Of a DNA stretch of 64,000 nt, positions 54,701 through 64,000 are shown one piece after another. Position numbers and translations under genes: made by a program. Within the stretch, counting starts at the first letter, position 1; every line of letters starts with the position of its first letter. A model generated the notes under the pieces. It was given only the letters and a program-made list of their open reading frames with translations, searched no databases and had not been told where the DNA came from. Source of the stretch: Gammaproteobacteria bacterium (GTDB lineage: Bacteria > Pseudomonadota > Gammaproteobacteria > CAJXQU01); assembly GCA_026984775.1 (NCBI GenBank), contig JALSRM010000069.1, positions 28,939 to 92,938 of the forward strand. The letters run 5' to 3'.

Positions 54701-55834
54701 CGGGCGCATCATGCGATAGATCTCGACTTGGGCTTCTAGCTCCGATTTACTTGGATCGATCTTCAATGTATCGGATATATAAGGCCCTTGATCGAGATCG
54801 TTGGTATAGATTGTTTCAAATGATTTAATCTTTGCTTCCTTGAGCTTTTCAAGGATTTCTTCGGTGATCTCGTCGTTAGCTTCACAGATCAATTCGCCGG
54901 TTTTCGGATCAACAATATCCTTTGCCACGATCTTGCCAATGACATACTCGGCCGGGACAAGGATGTTTTTCAGGCCGGCTTTTTCCATTTGCCGGATATG
55001 ACGCGCAGTTATACGCTTGTCCGCCTCGGCGATAACCTTGCCTTTCTTATCTTTGATCTCGAAAGAAAGTGTTTCCCCACGCAAACGTTCCGGGACGATC
55101 TCCATCGAATAACCCTCTTTCTCTTCCTTGAAAGTAGTCGTGTCGAAGAACATCTCCAGTATATCCTGGTTGGTAAAACCCAAAGCGCGAAGGAGAATGG
55201 TTGCCGGGATCTTGCGGCGGCGATCAATACGAACATACACATAGTCCTTAGGATCGAATTCAAAGTCCAGCCAAGAACCACGGTAGGGGATTACACGGGC
55301 AGAGAACAGCAGTTTCCCAGATGAGTGTGTTTTTCCCCGATCATGATCAAAGAAAACACCTGGTGAACGATGAAGCTGCGAAACAATGACACGCTCGGTA
55401 CCATTGATTACAAAGGTACCATTGTCTGTCATTAGGGGCAGCTCTCCCATATAGACTTCCTGCTCCTTGATGTCCTTGACCTTTTTTTCCGCACCAGACT
55501 CTTTATCATAGATAACAAGCCGGCATTTCACACGCAGAGAAGACGCATAGGTCAGGCCACGCACTTGACATTCTTTGACATCAAAAACAGGTTTACCAAG
55601 GCGATAACTGACATATTCCAGTACAGCAAAACCAGAATGGCTCTCGATCGGAAACACTGATTTGAAGGCCGCATGCAAACCAATATCATCGCGTTCTTCC
55701 GGGTTTTTATCCGCCTGAAGAAACTGGCGGTATGACTCAATCTGAGTGGCAAGCAAATAAGGAACTTCCATAACGGCTTCTTTTTTGCCAAAGCCCTTGC
55801 GTATACGCTTTTTCTCAGTATATGAATATGCCAT
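51755..55834 (-). CDS. rpoB: RNA polymerase beta subunit
   Basis: Start at ATG 55834 ([13 protein letters not shown]); Rif cluster [41 protein letters not shown]. Confidence 0.99.
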   Translation of the reverse strand: MAYSYTEKKRIRKGFGKKEAVMEVPYLLATQIESYRQFLQADKNPEERDDIGLHAAFKSVFPIESHSGFAVLEYVSYRLGKPVFDVKECQVRGLTYASSLRVKCRLVIYDKESGAEKKVKDIKEQEVYMGELPLMTDNGTFVINGTERVIVSQLHRSPGVFFDHDRGKTHSSGKLLFSARVIPYRGSWLDFEFDPKDYVYVRIDRRRKIPATILLRALGFTNQDILEMFFDTTTFKEEKEGYSMEIVPERLRGETLSFEIKDKKGKVIAEADKRITARHIRQMEKAGLKNILVPAEYVIGKIVAKDIVDPKTGELICEANDEITEEILEKLKEAKIKSFETIYTNDLDQGPYISDTLKIDPSKSELEAQVEIYRMMRPGEPPTKDSAENLFKNLFFSSDRYDLSAVGRMKFNRRLGREEIEGEGTLSKEDIIDVLKTLIDIRNGHGTVDDIDHLGNRRVRSVGEMAENQFRVGLVRVERAVRERLTLADSEGYMPQELINARPVSAVVKEFFGSSQLSQFMDQNNPLSEVTHKRRVSALGPGGLTRERAGFEVRDVHPTHYGRVCPIETPEGPNIGLINSLAVYARTNKYGFLETPYRKVKDGIVTNEIEYLSAIEEGQYVIAQANAKVDSKGKMVEDFIPCRHQNEFTLSTPDKIDYMDVSPSQIVSVAASLIPFLEHDDANRALMGSNMQRQAVPVLKAEKPLCGTGLELTVARDSGVTVVAQRGGVIDSVDASRIVVRVNDNETEPGESGVDIYNLTKYTRSNQNTCINQRPLVTLGDKISRGDVLADGPSTDLGELALGQNMLVAFMPWNGYNFEDSILISERVVQEDRYTSIHIEELTCVARDTKLGAEEITADIPNVSESALSKLDESGIVYIGAKVQPGDILVGKVTPKGETQLTPEEKLLRAIFGEKASDVKDTSLRVPSGKYGTIIDVQVFTRDGVEKDARALSIEKSEMARVRKDLDDQLRIMIGDVYQRVEKLLIGAVAKKGPKGLKKGSKITKDYLADLDREKWFEISLEDDKANEELESAAAQIEEHKIAFEKLFEEKRIKLTSGDDLAPGVLKMIKVYMAVRRVLQPGDKMAGRHGNKGVISNIVPVEDMPHMEDGTPVDIVLNPLGVPSRMNIGQILETHLGWAAKGLGIKIGKMLKTQEKVVELRKFLEDIYNRTGKKEALKEFSDEEILTLAENLKSGVPMATPVFDGATEDEIKDMLELADLPRSGQTILIDGQTGEKFDRPVTVGYMYMLKLNHLVDDKMHARSTGPYSLVTQQPLGGKAQFGGQRFGEMEVWALEAYGAAYTLQEMLTVKSDDVQGRTKMYKNIVDGNHQMEAGMPESFNVLLKEIRSLGIDIELERRD

Positions 55835-55948
55835 GTTCGTCCTCAATATAAGACCTGTTAAAAAACACACTTTCGAAAGTACCGAATCTTGAGCTTACGT
55901 CCTTAACCGCCACAGCGGTTCGAACACATACCAAGGATCCGAAAGCGC

Positions 55949-55977
55949 AAAAAGGCTGGTGACAGAAGCCACCAGCC
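55949..55977 (-). terminator. rplL-rpoB intercistronic attenuator/terminator
   Basis: Minus strand GGCTGGTGGC-TTCT-GTCACCAGCC-TTTTT, at the same position and of similar sequence to the enterobacterial rpoB attenuator. Confidence 0.8.
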
Positions 55978-56005
55978 ATTTATATTGCAAAGATCGCAAT
56001 ATCTA

Positions 56006-56386
56006 TCATTTAAGCTCGACTGTTGCTCCTGCTTCTTCGAGCTGTTTCTTGATCTCTTCTGCTTCGTCTTTCGGTGCAGCTTCCTTGATAGTAGAAGGCA
56101 CACCTTCGACCATCTCCTTCGCCTCTTTGAGGCCAAGGCCTGTGATCGCACGGACTGCCTTGATAGCAGCAACCTTGTTATCACCGAAACTTGTCATTAC
56201 AACATCGAACTCGTCTTTTGTTTCAGCAGCAGCACTTTCAGCACCACCTGCAGCAGCAACTGGTGCAGCAGCAACAGCCGCAGCAGAGACACCAAATTTC
56301 TCTTCCATTGCTTCGACAAGTTCAACAACTTCCATTACTGACATATTGGAAATCGCTTCCAGGATGTCGTCTTTTGATACAGCCAT
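56006..56386 (-). CDS. rplL: 50S ribosomal protein L7/L12
   Basis: [29 protein letters not shown]. Confidence 0.99.
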   Translation of the reverse strand: MAVSKDDILEAISNMSVMEVVELVEAMEEKFGVSAAAVAAAPVAAAGGAESAAAETKDEFDVVMTSFGDNKVAAIKAVRAITGLGLKEAKEMVEGVPSTIKEAAPKDEAEEIKKQLEEAGATVELK

Positions 56387-56432
56387 GTTTAAATACTCCG
56401 TAGTAAGAATTTAAATAATAAAAATAGTAGCG

Positions 56433-56960
56433 TTAAGCCGCAGCCTGCTTCTGATCACGAACAGCAGCGATTGTACGAACCAGTTTCGCATGAGGTTCGT
56501 TCAGTGTACGAACGAACTTCTCGATTGGTGCTTTCATCACCGCCATAGCCAGAGAAACGGCCTGATCGTAGGTTGGCAGATTCGCAAGTACTGTGATATC
56601 ACCAGGTTCAAGCAACTTGCCTCCAAGAGCAACCAGTTTCACCTGTAAATTTTCATTTTCCTTAGCGAAATCTTTGATCACACGAGCAGCCGCGCCCGGA
56701 TCTTCCAGAGAAAATGCCAATACCAGCTGACCGACAAGATTGTCGGTCATACATGCGTATTCAGTGTCTGCCAACGCACGCCTTGCCAACGTATTACGAA
56801 CGACGCGAAGGTAAACTCCACCAGCACGTGCCGCATTGCGCAGGTTTGTCATTTGCTCAACTGTAAGACCGGCATATTCGGCAGCAATTGCCGAATGTGC
56901 ATTCGATGCAACTTCTGCAACTTCTGCTACGATTGCCTTTTTCTGTTCAAGATTAAGCAC
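56433..56960 (-). CDS. rplJ: 50S ribosomal protein L10 (GTG start 56960)
   Basis: LNLEQKKAIVAEV, VVRNTLARRA, LANLPT; CAGGAG RBS. Confidence 0.98.
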   Translation of the reverse strand: MLNLEQKKAIVAEVAEVASNAHSAIAAEYAGLTVEQMTNLRNAARAGGVYLRVVRNTLARRALADTEYACMTDNLVGQLVLAFSLEDPGAAARVIKDFAKENENLQVKLVALGGKLLEPGDITVLANLPTYDQAVSLAMAVMKAPIEKFVRTLNEPHAKLVRTIAAVRDQKQAAA

Positions 56961-57094
56961 GTTTATTTCTCCTGCTTGAGTCCAGTTTGAAATCATTCAA
57001 CTTCAAGTGGATCTCACTCCATAAATGCCTCATATCAGTTTCCTTTACGAGGCCCATTTACGGCGCCCTACAGAGTATTCATTCTGTTTTGGGC

Positions 57095-57193
57095 TTACCG
57101 TCTGCGCCGGGAGGATAATATTTATCCAATTAAACTCTTCTTTCAGGCTCTCGGATACAAGAACTGAAAAAAGAACCCCTGCGGTCTTTGACG
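57095..57193 (-). promoter_or_regulatory. L10 leader (rplJ autoregulatory RNA)
   Basis: Minus strand AAGACCGCAGG...TTAA...CCGGCGCAGACGGT, the conserved flanks of the L10(L12)4-binding leader. Confidence 0.75.
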
Positions 57194-57278
57194 ACTACGT
57201 GGTGAGGCTATAAAACCGTCCACATAGCCCAAAGTTCTTTTTGTGACCTTTGCCTTTATTTAGTAGTCCGATTATTGA

Positions 57279-57974
57279 TCAATCAGCTACCGATGCAATA
57301 TCGACCTGGAGACCAGGCCCCATAGTGCTGCTGACAGAAAGCTTCTTGAAGTAGACACCTTTTGCCGCACTCGGTTTGGCCTTTTTCAAATCCTCTACGA
57401 TTACACTGAGATTTTCTTTCAATGCATCGACATCAAACGATACTTTCCCAATAGTGCAATGGATAATCCCACCTTTATCTGTACGGTATTGAACCTGACC
57501 ACCTTTGGCATTCTTCACCGCCTGCGCCACATCAGGTGTTACAGTTCCAACCTTGGGATTAGGCATCAGCCCACGTGGCCCAAGAATTGTCCCTAACTGA
57601 CCTACTACACGCATTGCTTCCGGTGCAGCAATGACCACATCGAAATCCATCATGCCATTCTTGATCTCATCAGCCAGATCATCCATGCCAACAATGTCTG
57701 CACCAGCAGCTTTGGCTGCTTCCGCTTTCTCACCATCAGCAAACACGGCGACTCGAACTGTCTTGCCAGTCCCGTTGGGCAATACCGTAGATCCTCGGAC
57801 ATTCTGATCCGATTTTCGCGGGTCGACACCAAGGTTGACAGAAACATCAACACTCTCGTCAAATTTGACAGTAGAGACCTCTTTTAAAAGCTTCAATGCT
57901 TCTTCAACTGCATAAACTTTCCCTGGTTCAATTTTTTCTGCAATCATTTTTGCTCGTTTGGATAATTTAGCCAT
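57279..57974 (-). CDS. rplA: 50S ribosomal protein L1
   Basis: [30 protein letters not shown]. Confidence 0.99.
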   Translation of the reverse strand: MAKLSKRAKMIAEKIEPGKVYAVEEALKLLKEVSTVKFDESVDVSVNLGVDPRKSDQNVRGSTVLPNGTGKTVRVAVFADGEKAEAAKAAGADIVGMDDLADEIKNGMMDFDVVIAAPEAMRVVGQLGTILGPRGLMPNPKVGTVTPDVAQAVKNAKGGQVQYRTDKGGIIHCTIGKVSFDVDALKENLSVIVEDLKKAKPSAAKGVYFKKLSVSSTMGPGLQVDIASVAD

Positions 57975-58408
57975 CAGTTCACGCCCTCCGTCTCGATTCC
58001 CATACTACGGGCAGTACCGGCTATTGTGCGTACGGCTGCATCCATATCAGCCGCAGTCAAATCCGGCTCCTTGGTTTTGGCAATTTCTTCCAGTTGCTCC
58101 CGGCTCAGCTTTCCCACTTTTTTTGTGTTCGGTTCTCCACTGCCTTTTTTTAAACCGGCTGCTTTCAGAAGCAAAACTGATGCTGGCGGTGTCTTGGTAA
58201 CAAAAGTGAAACTTCTGTCAGCATAGACCGTAATCACTACAGGGATTGGAAGGCCCGGTTCGGTTTGCTGGGTCTGGGCGTTGAACGCTTTGCAGAACTC
58301 CATGATATTGACACCGTGCTGACCCAGTGCAGGTCCTACAGGTGGACTCGGATTGGCCTGACCGGCAGGCACTTGTAACTTGATATAGGCTTCAATCTTC
58401 TTAGCCAC
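57974..58408 (-). CDS. rplK: 50S ribosomal protein L11
   Basis: [27 protein letters not shown]. Confidence 0.99.
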   Translation of the reverse strand: MAKKIEAYIKLQVPAGQANPSPPVGPALGQHGVNIMEFCKAFNAQTQQTEPGLPIPVVITVYADRSFTFVTKTPPASVLLLKAAGLKKGSGEPNTKKVGKLSREQLEEIAKTKEPDLTAADMDAAVRTIAGTARSMGIETEGVN

Positions 58409-58421
58409 TTCTCATCTCCCC

Positions 58422-58446
58422 GGGTGCAAACGCCTCTCGGCTCCCC
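58422..58446 (-). promoter_or_regulatory. L1-binding translational operator in the rplK leader
   Basis: Minus strand GGGGAGCC-GAGA-GGCGTTTGCACCC, matching the pattern of the E. coli L11-operon L1 site. Confidence 0.7.
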
Positions 58447-58489
58447 ATCAATTGAAAATATAAAACTCAAGATCAGCCAGGTACTGATC

Positions 58490-59023
58490 CTACTCTTTCT
58501 CTACCTGGTCAAAATTCAACTCCACTGGAGTGGAGCGACCAAAAATCGAAACTGAAACAGACAGTTTGCTCTTTTCATAATTGACATCTTCGACGACACC
58601 GCTGAAATCAGCAAAGGGGCCATCGATGACACGAACCATCTCTCCAACCTCGAAAACGACTTTTGGTGCTGGTTTCTCGGCACCTTCCTGAACACGCTGG
58701 AGGATTGCTTCGGCTTCCTTTTCCGTAATCGGTGCAGGTCTTTCGCTGGTACCCCCTATGAATCCCATGACACGATCGGTATCTTTCACCATGTGCCATG
58801 TGTCATCATCCATCTCCATCTGTACGAGGACATAGCCAGGAAAGAATTTTCTCTCACTGCGTTTCTTTTCACCCCCACGCATTTCGACTACTTCTTCGGT
58901 TGGTACCAGAATTTGGCCAAACTTGTCCTGCATACCAAAGCGCTCTGCCCGTTCCCTCAAGGATTGCTTGACCCGATCTTCAAAACCGGAATAAGCGTGT
59001 ACGACATACCACTTCATTGCCAT
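58490..59023 (-). CDS. nusG: Transcription termination/antitermination factor NusG
   Basis: Start at ATG 59023; [20 protein letters not shown] domain [18 protein letters not shown]. Confidence 0.99.
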   Translation of the reverse strand: MAMKWYVVHAYSGFEDRVKQSLRERAERFGMQDKFGQILVPTEEVVEMRGGEKKRSERKFFPGYVLVQMEMDDDTWHMVKDTDRVMGFIGGTSERPAPITEKEAEAILQRVQEGAEKPAPKVVFEVGEMVRVIDGPFADFSGVVEDVNYEKSKLSVSVSIFGRSTPVELNFDQVEKE

Positions 59024-59027
59024 TGGA

Positions 59028-59402
59028 CTAAACCCCTTGAGTAAGCAGCTGAACAATCCAGCTTAGGAACATATCGAGCAACCAAAGAAACAAGCCTACG
59101 ATAAAAACCATCACAATTACGATCAAGGTCGTTTGGATTGTTTCCTGCTTTGTCGGCCAGACAACTTTCCGGACCTCGATCTGTGAATCGTGGACAAATG
59201 CCCAAACCCTGCGGCCCTTTTCTGTCTGGAAGGCGATGGCAACTGCAACTCCAACGGCACCAAGGATGCCCAGCACCCGAAAAAGTTGTGAGTAATCAGC
59301 AAAATAGTAATATCCCACTATGGACGCGATAACGATCAGTAGTGCAATTACCAGTTTTACCGTATCGAAAGATGATTCTTTCGTTTCTACCTTGGAATTC
59401 AT
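59028..59402 (-). CDS. secE: Preprotein translocase subunit SecE (3-TM type)
   Basis: Start at ATG 59402; [13 protein letters not shown]; between tRNA-Trp and nusG. Confidence 0.97.
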   Translation of the reverse strand: MNSKVETKESSFDTVKLVIALLIVIASIVGYYYFADYSQLFRVLGILGAVGVAVAIAFQTEKGRRVWAFVHDSQIEVRKVVWPTKQETIQTTLIVIVMVFIVGLFLWLLDMFLSWIVQLLTQGV

Positions 59403-59460
59403 ATTCACCCAATCCGGACAACAGTTGCTTCCTGCCAACTCTCATTCGTTATCAAGAGAA

Positions 59461-59536
59461 TGGCAGGCCAGGAGGGAATCGAACCCCCAACCTGCGGTTT
59501 TGGAGACCGCCGCTCTGCCAATTGAGCTACTGGCCT
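59461..59536 (-). tRNA. tRNA-Trp (CCA)
   Basis: Reverse complement AGGCCAG...GCGGT-CTCCAAA-ACCGC...GGTTCGATTCC...CTGGCCTGCCA. Confidence 0.97.
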
Positions 59537-59565
59537 GTTGTTTTTAGCTCTTTCTCAAAAATGAC

Positions 59566-59596
59566 AAAATGGCTCCAGGTAAAACCGGGAGCCATT
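59566..59596 (-). terminator. Hairpin after tuf (probable terminator)
   Basis: Minus strand AATGGCTCCCGGT-TTT-ACCTGGAGCCATT-TT. Confidence 0.6.
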
Positions 59597-59618
59597 CTGG
59601 CCTGTTTTATTTCAATCG

Positions 59619-60809
59619 TCACTCAATAATCTTGGAAACAACACCCGCTCCAACAGTCCGGCCACCTTCACGAATCGCAAAGCGTAGCCCTTCTTCCATC
59701 GCAATCGGAGCAATCAGTTTGACGGTCATCTTCACGTTGTCCCCCGGCATCACCATTTCAGTCCCTTCAGGAAGCTCCACCGCACCCGTCACGTCCGTCG
59801 TCCGAAAGTAAAATTGGGGACGGTAGTTGTTGAAAAAGGGAGTGTGACGTCCGCCTTCGTCTTTCGAAAGAACGTAAACTTCCGCTTCAAAGTGAGTGTG
59901 CGGCTTGATCGTCCCAGGCTGCGCCAAAACCTGTCCGCGCTCCACTTCGTCTCGCTTGGTCCCCCGGAGCAAAACGCCTACGTTGTCTCCCGCCTGACCT
60001 TCGTCAAGAAGTTTGCGGAACATCTCTACACCCGTGCAGGTGGTGGTCTGGGTTTCACGAATACCCACTATCTCCACTTCGTCTCCTACGTGAATTACGC
60101 CCCGCTCAATTCGCCCCGTCACTACCGTGCCTCGGCCCGATATGGAGAATACGTCTTCTATCGGCATGATAAAGGTCCCATCCACTGCACGTTCCGGATC
60201 CGGAATGTAGCTGTCCAGCGCAGCCACCAGCTTGTCTATGCTCTGCGTCCCTATTTCGCTGTCGTCGCCTTCCAGCGCCTTCAGTGCAGAGCCGATAATG
60301 ACCGGGGTGTCGTCGCCAGGAAAGTCGTAGCTGTCCAGAAGTTCGCGGATCTCCATCTCCACCAGTTCCAGTAGTTCTTCGTCATCCACCATGTCGGCCT
60401 TGTTCATGTACACAATGATGTAGGGTACACCTACCTGACGAGAAAGAAGAATGTGTTCCCGCGTCTGAGGCATCGGGCCATCCGCCGCCGATACCACCAG
60501 TATCGCTCCGTCCATCTGCGCCGCACCCGTGATCATGTTCTTCACGTAGTCCGCATGTCCCGGACAGTCAACATGAGCATAGTGGCGTTTCTCGCTCTCG
60601 TATTCCACGTGCGCAGTCGCGATGGTTATCCCTCGCTCTCGCTCTTCCGGGGCGTTGTCTATCTGGTCGTAGGCTTTCGATTCTCCACCAAATTTCTGCG
60701 CCTGATGCGTCGTGATCGCCGCCGTCAGGGTCGTCTTACCATGGTCTACATGACCAATTGTGCCGACATTCACATGTGGTTTGCTTCGTTCAAATTTTTC
60801 CTTGGACAT
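59619..60809 (-). CDS. tuf: Elongation factor Tu (tRNA-operon copy, ATG start)
   Basis: Protein identical to the 42992-44182 copy; downstream of tRNA-Tyr-Gly-Thr. Confidence 0.99.
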   Translation of the reverse strand: MSKEKFERSKPHVNVGTIGHVDHGKTTLTAAITTHQAQKFGGESKAYDQIDNAPEERERGITIATAHVEYESEKRHYAHVDCPGHADYVKNMITGAAQMDGAILVVSAADGPMPQTREHILLSRQVGVPYIIVYMNKADMVDDEELLELVEMEIRELLDSYDFPGDDTPVIIGSALKALEGDDSEIGTQSIDKLVAALDSYIPDPERAVDGTFIMPIEDVFSISGRGTVVTGRIERGVIHVGDEVEIVGIRETQTTTCTGVEMFRKLLDEGQAGDNVGVLLRGTKRDEVERGQVLAQPGTIKPHTHFEAEVYVLSKDEGGRHTPFFNNYRPQFYFRTTDVTGAVELPEGTEMVMPGDNVKMTVKLIAPIAMEEGLRFAIREGGRTVGAGVVSKIIE

Positions 60810-60964
60810 CTGAGGAACTCCCCGAATTATTTAGTTACTGTTTAATTGTCAATTTCAAAAAAATAACTGCCGCTTGTTGCAGAAGTTACTCCTTGCAACT
60901 ACCTGACGCATTAGACGTTCGAGGCAGAGCTATTTTTCAATCACCAGGCCCAGTAAAGCTACAA

Positions 60965-61040
<76 letters not shown>

Positions 61041-61112
61041 TACGAATCATGTAGTACTGCCAGCCTCGGCCAACCTGGTTCACTCTGGCCAAGGGCCAGT
61101 CTTAACAAAAGC

Positions 61113-61186
<74 letters not shown>

Positions 61187-61271
61187 ACACCTACCGTTTC
61201 GCTGGCCCATTCTGCAGGCTTGCTTTTACCCCACCAGGCACCCAGCGATCATTCCCGTTTCCGATCAATTA

Positions 61272-61356
61272 TGGTGGAGGGGGGAGGATTCGAACCTCCG
61301 AAGGCTGAGCCGACAGATTTACAGTCTGTTCCCGTTGACCGCTTGGGTACCCCTCC
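61272..61356 (-). tRNA. tRNA-Tyr (GTA)
   Basis: Reverse complement GGAGGGG...ACAGA-CTGTAAA-TCTGT, long variable arm, GGTTCGAATCC...CCCCTCCACCA. Confidence 0.97.
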
Positions 61357-61371
61357 AAACGATAGCCGGGC

Positions 61372-61400
61372 ATTATCGAAAATAATAAAAACCCTGTCAA
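61372..61400 (-). promoter_or_regulatory. sigma70 promoter of the tRNA-tuf operon with GC-rich discriminator
   Basis: Minus strand TTGACA-17 bp-GATAAT-GCCCGGC. Confidence 0.8.
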
Positions 61401-61419
61401 CAGCAAAACTTGATTAAAT

Positions 61420-62085
61420 TCAGTGATTCCGATCGTTTTTATCGAATTTCCCATATTTAAGGAAATTGATGGTTTGGTCGGCGACTTTCTTCGAGATCAG
61501 AAGACCTGTATGGGAAACCGGTAGTTCAAGATAATCAGTACAGTTTTCAAGCCGGGTTTCTGCCACGGAAACAGTCCCATCATTGGGTTCCTCCAGTTCC
61601 TGGAATAGTTTTCCCAACCCCAATCCTGAGGTACCAGCGATCACACCGATGTCACGATCTCCCCTCCATTCCGGAGCGTCACCCAACAAACCTGCATTGA
61701 GGCTTTCACCAAGCAGCATTGATCCAATGTTGAAATGTCCAACCTGATATTGATTGAAAAACTTTGCCGCACCACTCCCATTGTGTGGCGTACCCAGAGT
61801 CACGACACGCCCGGGAGGCAGGTCGTCATAGGCAGCCAGAAAATGCCTCACGATGAGGCCACCTAGGCTATGACAGACATAATGGACGACATTGGCGTTG
61901 ATTCCTTTGACGAAGTCATGAAGTTGACTGATTATCTCATCCACACTGGAGCTGGTTGATGAGTAGGAAAACTGATGTGTTGTATAACCGGCTTCCGCAA
62001 TACGCTGTCTCAGGATGCCCATATCCCAGCCGTTCATAAAAAGGCCGTGGATAAATACCACGGCCTCAGATTTCTTGCCCTCCAT
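61420..62085 (-). CDS. Alpha/beta-fold hydrolase (lipase/esterase-like)
   Basis: VFIHGL oxyanion motif, CHSLGG nucleophile elbow, LGTPHNGS, NDGTV (Asp), SHTGL (His). Confidence 0.9.
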   Translation of the reverse strand: MEGKKSEAVVFIHGLFMNGWDMGILRQRIAEAGYTTHQFSYSSTSSSVDEIISQLHDFVKGINANVVHYVCHSLGGLIVRHFLAAYDDLPPGRVVTLGTPHNGSGAAKFFNQYQVGHFNIGSMLLGESLNAGLLGDAPEWRGDRDIGVIAGTSGLGLGKLFQELEEPNDGTVSVAETRLENCTDYLELPVSHTGLLISKKVADQTINFLKYGKFDKNDRNH

Positions 62086-62097
62086 GAAAATCAGCGA

Positions 62098-63180
62098 TCA
62101 GGCATCATTGGCGCCGTAAATCACCTGCCCTCTTTCCTTGGCAAAATCCAGCAGTCGCTTGATTGATACTACCGCCTTTTTACGGATCTCTTCTTCGACA
62201 AAGATCTCGTTGGTGCCTTTCTCCAGACATTCGGCCAGTTTCGTTAGACTGTTCATAGCCATCCAGGGGCAGTGTGAACAACTCTGGCAGGTCGCACTGT
62301 GTCCCGCTGTCGGTGCTTCGAGAAAGACCTTTCCCGGGGCCGCCTGTTGCATCTTATGGAAAATACCCCGATCGGTCGCCACGATAAACTCCTTGGCATC
62401 GGATTCTTTGGCATAGTTGATCAGGCCAGTGGTCGAGCCCACAAAGTCAGCCTGCGCAATCACGGAAGGGGGTGATTCGGGATGCACCAAGACCTTGGCT
62501 TGGGGATGAGCTTTTTTCATTGCCTCCAGCTCCGAACCTTTGAAGGATTCATGGACAATACAGGAGCTGTCCCAGAGCAGCATGTCAGCACCGGTTTTCT
62601 GTTGAATGTAATCTCCCAGATATTTATCCGGTGCCCACAGAATTTTTTCGCCTTTATCTTTCAGATGATTGATCACCTCGACAGCACTGCCAGAAGTCAC
62701 CATCCAGTCGGCACGTGCCTTTACGGCGGCACTGGTATTTGCATAGACCACCACCGTTCGATCAGGGTGTTCATCACAAAATTTTGAGAACTCTTCGATA
62801 TCACAACCCAGATCGAGAGAGCAATTGGCTCCAAGATCCGGCATCAGGACTTTCTTCTCCGGGTTTAATATTTTAGCGGTCTCACCCATGAAGCGTACAC
62901 CGGCGACCACCAACGTAGACGCATCACTTTCATGACCAAACCGGGCCATATCAAGGGAGTCAGAGACATATCCCCCCGTCCGATCAGCCAAAATCTGCAG
63001 ATCGGCATCTACATAATAATGGGCCACCAATACGGCGTCCTTTTTCTTGAGCAGTTTTTCTATGCGCACGTAAAGTGCTTCTTTCTGATCCTCATCCAGC
63101 ACTTCCGGATTAATCTCGGGCACTTCGTAGGGCAGATTCCGTTCGTTGAACCCACCGGTGACTTCACATACTTCATTCAT
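62098..63180 (-). CDS. nadA: Quinolinate synthase A
   Basis: [43 protein letters not shown] (three Fe-S cysteines). Confidence 0.97.
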   Translation of the reverse strand: MNEVCEVTGGFNERNLPYEVPEINPEVLDEDQKEALYVRIEKLLKKKDAVLVAHYYVDADLQILADRTGGYVSDSLDMARFGHESDASTLVVAGVRFMGETAKILNPEKKVLMPDLGANCSLDLGCDIEEFSKFCDEHPDRTVVVYANTSAAVKARADWMVTSGSAVEVINHLKDKGEKILWAPDKYLGDYIQQKTGADMLLWDSSCIVHESFKGSELEAMKKAHPQAKVLVHPESPPSVIAQADFVGSTTGLINYAKESDAKEFIVATDRGIFHKMQQAAPGKVFLEAPTAGHSATCQSCSHCPWMAMNSLTKLAECLEKGTNEIFVEEEIRKKAVVSIKRLLDFAKERGQVIYGANDA

Positions 63181-63184
63181 TACT

Positions 63185-63517
63185 CTAATCCCAACTCAGA
63201 ATTACCCATTGAGGCACGGGTATATTTTCATCAATATCTGCGTTCGTCTCCATGATGCCATCACCATCCTGATCGATAAGATAGTAGGGAGGCCCAACCT
63301 CCGGAGTGACCTTAATCATATAGAGACGACCATTGATACGATATTCTTCAATGACTTCCTTCTCTTTATTTATGATTGTGATGTCTGGCTCGAGTTCCTC
63401 ACCGGAATTCACGACATCGGGAGGAGGAGGCGCATCCGGAAGTTCTTCCAGTTTGGGTTCCTCGGCAACAAGTCCAACAGAGAATAATAGAATTAGCAGA
63501 CCCAGAAGTTTTTTCAT
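63185..63517 (-). CDS. Secreted DUF2782-like protein
   Basis: Start at ATG 63517 with GGGGGA RBS; signal peptide; EPDITI...[30 protein letters not shown]...PQWVILSW. Confidence 0.85.
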   Translation of the reverse strand: MKKLLGLLILLFSVGLVAEEPKLEELPDAPPPPDVVNSGEELEPDITIINKEKEVIEEYRINGRLYMIKVTPEVGPPYYLIDQDGDGIMETNADIDENIPVPQWVILSWD

Positions 63518-63539
63518 TTTTCCCCCTTGGCTGGTGGGC

Positions 63540-64000
63540 TTAAAGCATGAGTAGTGCTTCCTGCTCTTCCTCCGACGGCTCAAAACCACGGTGTTCATAA
63601 TATTTGAAAATGGCATCGACGACGCTATCTGCATCATCTTTCACTGAAAATAAATCCATATCTTTAGGACTGATCGTACCATTTTCCACCAAGGATTCCT
63701 TAAACCAGTCCACAAGCCCCTCCCAGAAGGTCGATCCGACCAAAATGATCGGAATCTTAGCTGTTTTTTCAGTCTGAACGAGGGTCAGGATCTCGGCCAG
63801 CTCATCGAGTGTTCCAAACCCTCCTGGCATCACCACATAGGCGGAGGCGTATTTTACGAACATGACCTTGCGTGAAAAGAAATGGCGAAACGTCAGGCTA
63901 ATGTCCTGGAAAGGGTTGCCCGACTGTTCATGAGGCAGTTTGATATTCAACCCAATACTGGGCGAAGGTCCGCCATAGGCACCCCTGTTGCCTGCTTCCA
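63540..64000 (-). CDS. LOG-family (TIGR00730) nucleotide-binding protein, 5' end outside the window
   Basis: EAGNRGA..SIGLNIKLPHEQ, FFSRKVMF, PGGFGTLDE. Confidence 0.9.
   Translation of the reverse strand, partial: EAGNRGAYGGPSPSIGLNIKLPHEQSGNPFQDISLTFRHFFSRKVMFVKYASAYVVMPGGFGTLDELAEILTLVQTEKTAKIPIILVGSTFWEGLVDWFKESLVENGTISPKDMDLFSVKDDADSVVDAIFKYYEHRGFEPSEEEQEALLML

Larger units (their letters stand above)
42992..60808. repeat. Direct repeat pair formed by the two tuf copies (42992-44181 and 59619-60808)
   Basis: Identical sense and antisense translations; no nucleotide differences seen on inspection apart from the first base of the start codon. Confidence 0.9.

Overview
A 64-kb chromosomal window from a Gammaproteobacterium, inferred from gene order and protein sequences. 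There is no integrase, transposase, prophage, CRISPR array or rRNA. The right half (29.4-61.4 kb, minus strand) is the complete core transcription/translation supercluster: tRNA-Tyr/Gly/Thr-tuf-tRNA-Trp-secE-nusG-rplKAJL-rpoBC-rpsLG-fusA-tuf, then the S10, spc and alpha operons. It is flanked on the right by an alpha/beta hydrolase, nadA, a DUF2782-like gene and a LOG-family gene. The left half holds a three-gene signalling locus (an apparently catalytically dead paralog of a hybrid histidine kinase, the kinase itself with Tyr at the HPt His position, and a REC-PAS-GGDEF-EAL protein), a decayed catalase-like pseudogene absent from the ORF track, a GldA/F/G-DUF4340 ABC module, ampG, a PEP-CTERM protein, tsaD/rpsU-yqeY-dnaG-rpoD-tRNA(CAT), a bactofilin with a sigma54-type promoter, a translationally coupled prfA-prmC-(unannotated 56-aa ORF)-moeB-JAB operon lacking hemA, yaaA, a soluble CZB chemoreceptor and ettA. 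The best candidates for undescribed biology are the pseudokinase/kinase/c-di-GMP module (174-7061), the small protein coupled into the prfA-prmC-moeB-JAB operon (23650-23820) and a double-terminator rpsL leader. All family assignments come from motif recognition by eye; no database searches were run.
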